Below, one piece after another: positions 59,881 through 64,000 of a DNA stretch of 64,000 nucleotides (positions are counted from its first letter, which is position 1; each line of letters opens with the position of its first letter). Below the pieces are notes generated by a model that saw only the letters and a program-made list of their open reading frames with translations, was not told the DNA's origin and searched no databases. Origin of the DNA: Asterias rubens (Eukaryota); assembly GCF_902459465.1 (NCBI RefSeq), contig NC_047080.1, forward strand, positions 11,470,001-11,534,000. Reading direction: 5' to 3'. The position numbers were made by a program, and so were the translations under genes.

Positions 59881-60229
59881 AATGAATTTGATGACGAGAC
59901 AGTCCAGCATTACTGACCCACTGGCAAAAGAACTGCCATTATGTCCCAGCAGTTATATTGACTGACAAATGCTAATCTAACTTTTATTAAAACAAAATTA
60001 TTCTGTTTTATTAGCAGTTTAAAATATTTATGCATTCAGTATATGGAAGGGCTGGTACATAAAACTTATAGAATTTTTTTTATGGATGGTAAGTTAATAT
60101 ATAACAATATCGCTATGCGCAATAAATTATTCTAGGCAGTTAACCGACTGTTTGTTTTAGTAGGATGTCGATAATACACTGCAGAAAGTACAAATGGTGA
60201 ACAAGTCAGCATGTATGTAACCTTTGGGT

Positions 60230-60430
60230 AAAGAATACCTTTATAAAGACAAAAACATACTATTTTATAAAGAATACTTCTTTATAAAGAATACCACTCT
60301 ATAAAGATAAGAATACTAAGTTATAAAGATAAATAATACTATTCTTTTTAAAGATAAAGCATAGGCCTGCTACCTTAGTTTATAAAGATAAAGAATACTA
60401 CTCTATAAAGTTAAAGAATATTACTTAAGA
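60230..60430. repeat. Degenerate AT-rich minisatellite (ataaaga(t)aagaatact units)
   Basis: Recurrent 20-25 bp units. Confidence 0.7.
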
Positions 60431-61459
60431 TAATGTGGGTTTTCGCCCCAGAATCAAAGTGCATGTCACACATCAGTGTAATTTTATATTTTGTTTGATT
60501 CATATTCAACATCACAATTAGCGCCACTGACAGGATGACAGAAAAGAAGAAGAAATGCTCAGATTTAGATGTGGGAGGAAAAACCCCATTGGGGAAAACC
60601 TGACTGAAAACCCCATCCACATGCAAGGCTTTAGCTTGAGGGATTTGAACATGGGTCCATCCAGGTGAAAGGCAGGTGAAAGGCAGGGATAAAGAGCAGT
60701 CACCGGCTGATGAACTGAGTGAGCTTTCAAAAAACACATTCAAATTGTGAGTTCTGGGATCGCTTTCACATATAGAGAAGATATTAAAAACTTATCGCTA
60801 GTCCTAAGTTAGGATGAGTAACCCATCCTAACTCGAGATGAGACCAGTCTTTACTCTTTTTGAAATCACCCCTATGCATATAGCGTTCAAGGAAAAAAAA
60901 GCGCATTTTGAAATTATTATTATTATTTTTTTACTATCCTCCTTGGCAAATCTTCACAGGTGGTGAAATTGGCAAAAATAAATGGCAGGGAAACAGAAAA
61001 CACTGCTTCAAATAAAAACCTACAGCGGATGATGCATATTGTGGGCGTCCTTGAGCAGTCTTTGTTTACAACAATATTGAGGATGTAACATCGATTTCTG
61101 TCCAGTATGCCAACAACTACTCTCCTTATTTGATGTCAATTATTTCAGTTCAGCGGAGCCTTGACAGATGCTGACTGTTTTATTGTCAGAATATTTGTAT
61201 TGATTTATGATAATGATGGACATGTTTCCTGAAAATGACAGTCTTTAGTCTATATTTACATATTGTAGAACTAAACAAAAAGCATGTATTTATTTTTGAA
61301 TTGGCATATTAAATCTCACCTTTAAGTTTTCAGAAAATACATCATTATACTGTAAACAACCTATGAGTATATATCATAATAAAATTTTATGGAAAATTTA
61401 CAAGACAAACCATATTATGTTTTGTCTGGGATATTGTGTTTGATACAATCAGGCTTATG

Positions 61460-61845
61460 TTAAAGACAGTGGACACTATTGGTTTTTGTCAAAGACCAGT
61501 CTTCTCACTTGGTGTATCTCAACATATACATAAAATAACCAACCTGTGAAAATTTGAGCTCAATCGATCATCAAAGTTGCGAGATAATAATGAAAGAAAA
61601 AACACCCTTGTTACATGAAGTTGTATGCTTTCAGATGCCTGATTTCGAGACCTCAAATTCTAAACTTGAGATGTCGAAATCAAATTCGTCGAAAATTACT
61701 TCTTTCTCGAAAACTACGTCACTTCAGAGGGAGCCGTTTCTCTCAATGTTATATACTATCAACCTCTCCCCATTACTCGTAACCAATTAAGGTTTTATGC
61801 TAATATTTTTTTTGAGTAATTACCAATATTGTCCACTGCCTTTAA
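61460..61845 (-). mobile_element. MITE family A copy, opposite orientation
   Basis: As for the 50467 copy. Confidence 0.9.
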
Positions 61846-62446
61846 CTGCAGCAATTTGCAAGTTATGGTTACCATACTTTAACCTAAATTTTAACAGTAT
61901 CTCAGATACTATTTCTTTGGAGGATTGATACTGATATGAACTTAATCAATGAGCTTTCAGATGGAAACATTTATCAAATTCAGATTCTTGTGGCTCCTTA
62001 TACAAACTAATCACAAATCAGTATGCCTTTCATCTCACAATTCATGGAAAATCTCATCAAGATTTTTAATTTTGTTTCATTCAGAGATTTTTTGTTGGAT
62101 AAACTAACCATGTATCCTTTTCCTGAGCTAAATGAATGAAAGAAGTTACTTGCTAATTGAACAGGAAAAAAACGAAGGCTCCTTGGAAAAAAGTCTTTTG
62201 AAACTGGAGATGACCAAGTCTTAATTCTGCCTCCCTTAATTAAATTACTGCAAGTTACCATGCGATGTGACAAGGTCTACCAATCAGCTACTCGGCAACA
62301 ACGAGCTAAAAAAAGGTAAATTGACAAGGTGACCTGTACCAAGGATGACCGGTTACAAATCTTTATAAATTGTCAAAGTGGTCAGTTTTTTGTTTATGAG
62401 CTTCAAACCTTTCCCCAAGGCCTAGTAAGTAATTTAACTTCTGCCT

Positions 62447-62570
62447 GGCGTGTCATGGCCAAGTGGTTAAGCACAATAAACTCAATCTCTGGTGTTTATG
62501 ATCAGCTGATTGTAGGTTCAAGTCCCGGTCTTGACAGTTGGGTCCTTAAAATAAATCACTAGACAACTGG
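62447..62570 (+). mobile_element. tRNA-derived SINE head
   Basis: atggccaagtggttaag...ggttcaagtcccggtc. Confidence 0.7.
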
Positions 62571-64000
62571 CCACAGATTACACACAATATGCTATAGACA
62601 TAAACCAACCATATAAATTTTGAAATGGGAAGTCCTGGAAAAAAACACCTCCTATTTTTATTCGTACCTTACTGGAAGATATGTGCTCTATATATGAAAA
62701 CCTTGATTAATATGTACTCATCATTTAAACATTTTGCTCTCCACACATTTATAAGTAATTCAAAATGAGCAACCATAATAAAACATATGGCTCATGTTAT
62801 GAAAAATTATATTAAGTAAAGAGATATCAGGTTCTCTCGATGCAATCTCCCAAGGTGTTGCAATCAAAGACACTCCATTAAGTATAAGAAGGAGATGACG
62901 AATATCTCCGCCCCATCCTGCATAGTTTTAATTGACACCTGGTTATCTGTGGTATCCTTCAAGACGACGCTCAAACCACAAATGCACCCAAAGCTATTGA
63001 TTTGTGGAAGTTAATTTAGTTACTACATTGTAGGTTTAGGGACAGAAGATTGCAAGGACGACGTAAGAGCAACCTTCAAATTAAAATTTATTTTGTTTGT
63101 AGCAGCTCTTAGGTTTTGGATTAAAACAAACTTACTCAGCTGGAGGCCTGAGGCTGTATTTATGGACACATTTATGTCAAAGAAACATCTCAGAAATTTT
63201 AAAACAGATAATCAAGCCCTAGCAATGGCAGACAGTTGAATAACTCTGCCTTTGTATATACATCCTGTTTTCCAACCGCACAAGGAATAATCTAAATTAC
63301 AAATGACCTTATGATAATCCATCTCAAAACTCATATGGGAGACAAATAAAAGAAATACAGAAATAAATATGAATAATGCACTCAATCCCAAGACAGTCAT
63401 ACAACTATGCAAACTCAGAAAATATAAATAACAAAAAGAAGTCGCATCTTGGTAATTTCAGACGTTGATGATTCTGAAGTTTGTTATATCATGTAACTTT
63501 ATCCCTTGACAAGAGCATGGTCTGAGATCAAGCTTGTTCAAATTATTAATTATTAATTTGACAGTGATTTATGAAAGCAGATGGGGATGTCATAGGTTAG
63601 TTCCCTAGAGAGATTGGTCAATGGCCGATGTGAATTTAACTGTGAATGTAAAATCAGCGACAATTACACCATTCCAAAATCTGAAGTTTGGTTAAGCTTC
63701 TTATGAGGAGATTTTGATTCTTTTGGGAAGAAATTTGTCTTCAGTGACAAGGAGTATTTAGTCAAAATTTTATAATTTCTTGAAAAGCTGGAAAGTAAAA
63801 AATATTGCTGACAAAATGTTGTTGCTAAATAGACCATTATCATGCTACTATCTTGGTCACGTACTCTGTATCCACTCAGTAATGAATGCTTTTGTATATT
63901 GTGAGTCGCCTACAACTCAGATAAGAATAGTAGGACTATCTCGAAGTACTTGTGTTAAAGCCTTTGAACCCTTTCGGTACAGAAAAAAACCAAAAAGTTT

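Overview
AT-rich eukaryotic (animal) genomic DNA. An invertebrate deuterostome such as an echinoderm is my guess from repeat style; it is not demonstrated. The window is dominated by one minus-strand gene for a Slo2/KCNT-family (Slack/Slick-like) K+ channel. I assembled it by hand from 27 GT-AG exons between the putative ATG at 58369 and TAA at 10276. The exons total 3555 nt (1184 aa plus stop) and every junction is phase-consistent; the protein has a TVGYGD filter, RCK1/RCK2 and a C-terminal DTKL. The most interesting extra signals are frame-preserving candidate alternative exons: a tandemly duplicated pair of 36-nt microexons with duplicated intronic flanks in the RCK1-RCK2 linker, a 66-nt cassette inside RCK1, and several phase-2 cassettes in the N-terminus. 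The introns carry many MITEs, tRNA-derived SINEs, two Penelope-type minimal hammerhead-ribozyme relics, a long foldback palindrome and a perfect 33-bp VNTR. The left end holds a 45-bp satellite, a nested foldback element with a 9-bp TSD, and two competing opposite-strand exon chains of an unidentified gene. All coordinates were read manually. No database searches were run, and comparisons with human/rat channels are from recalled sequence.
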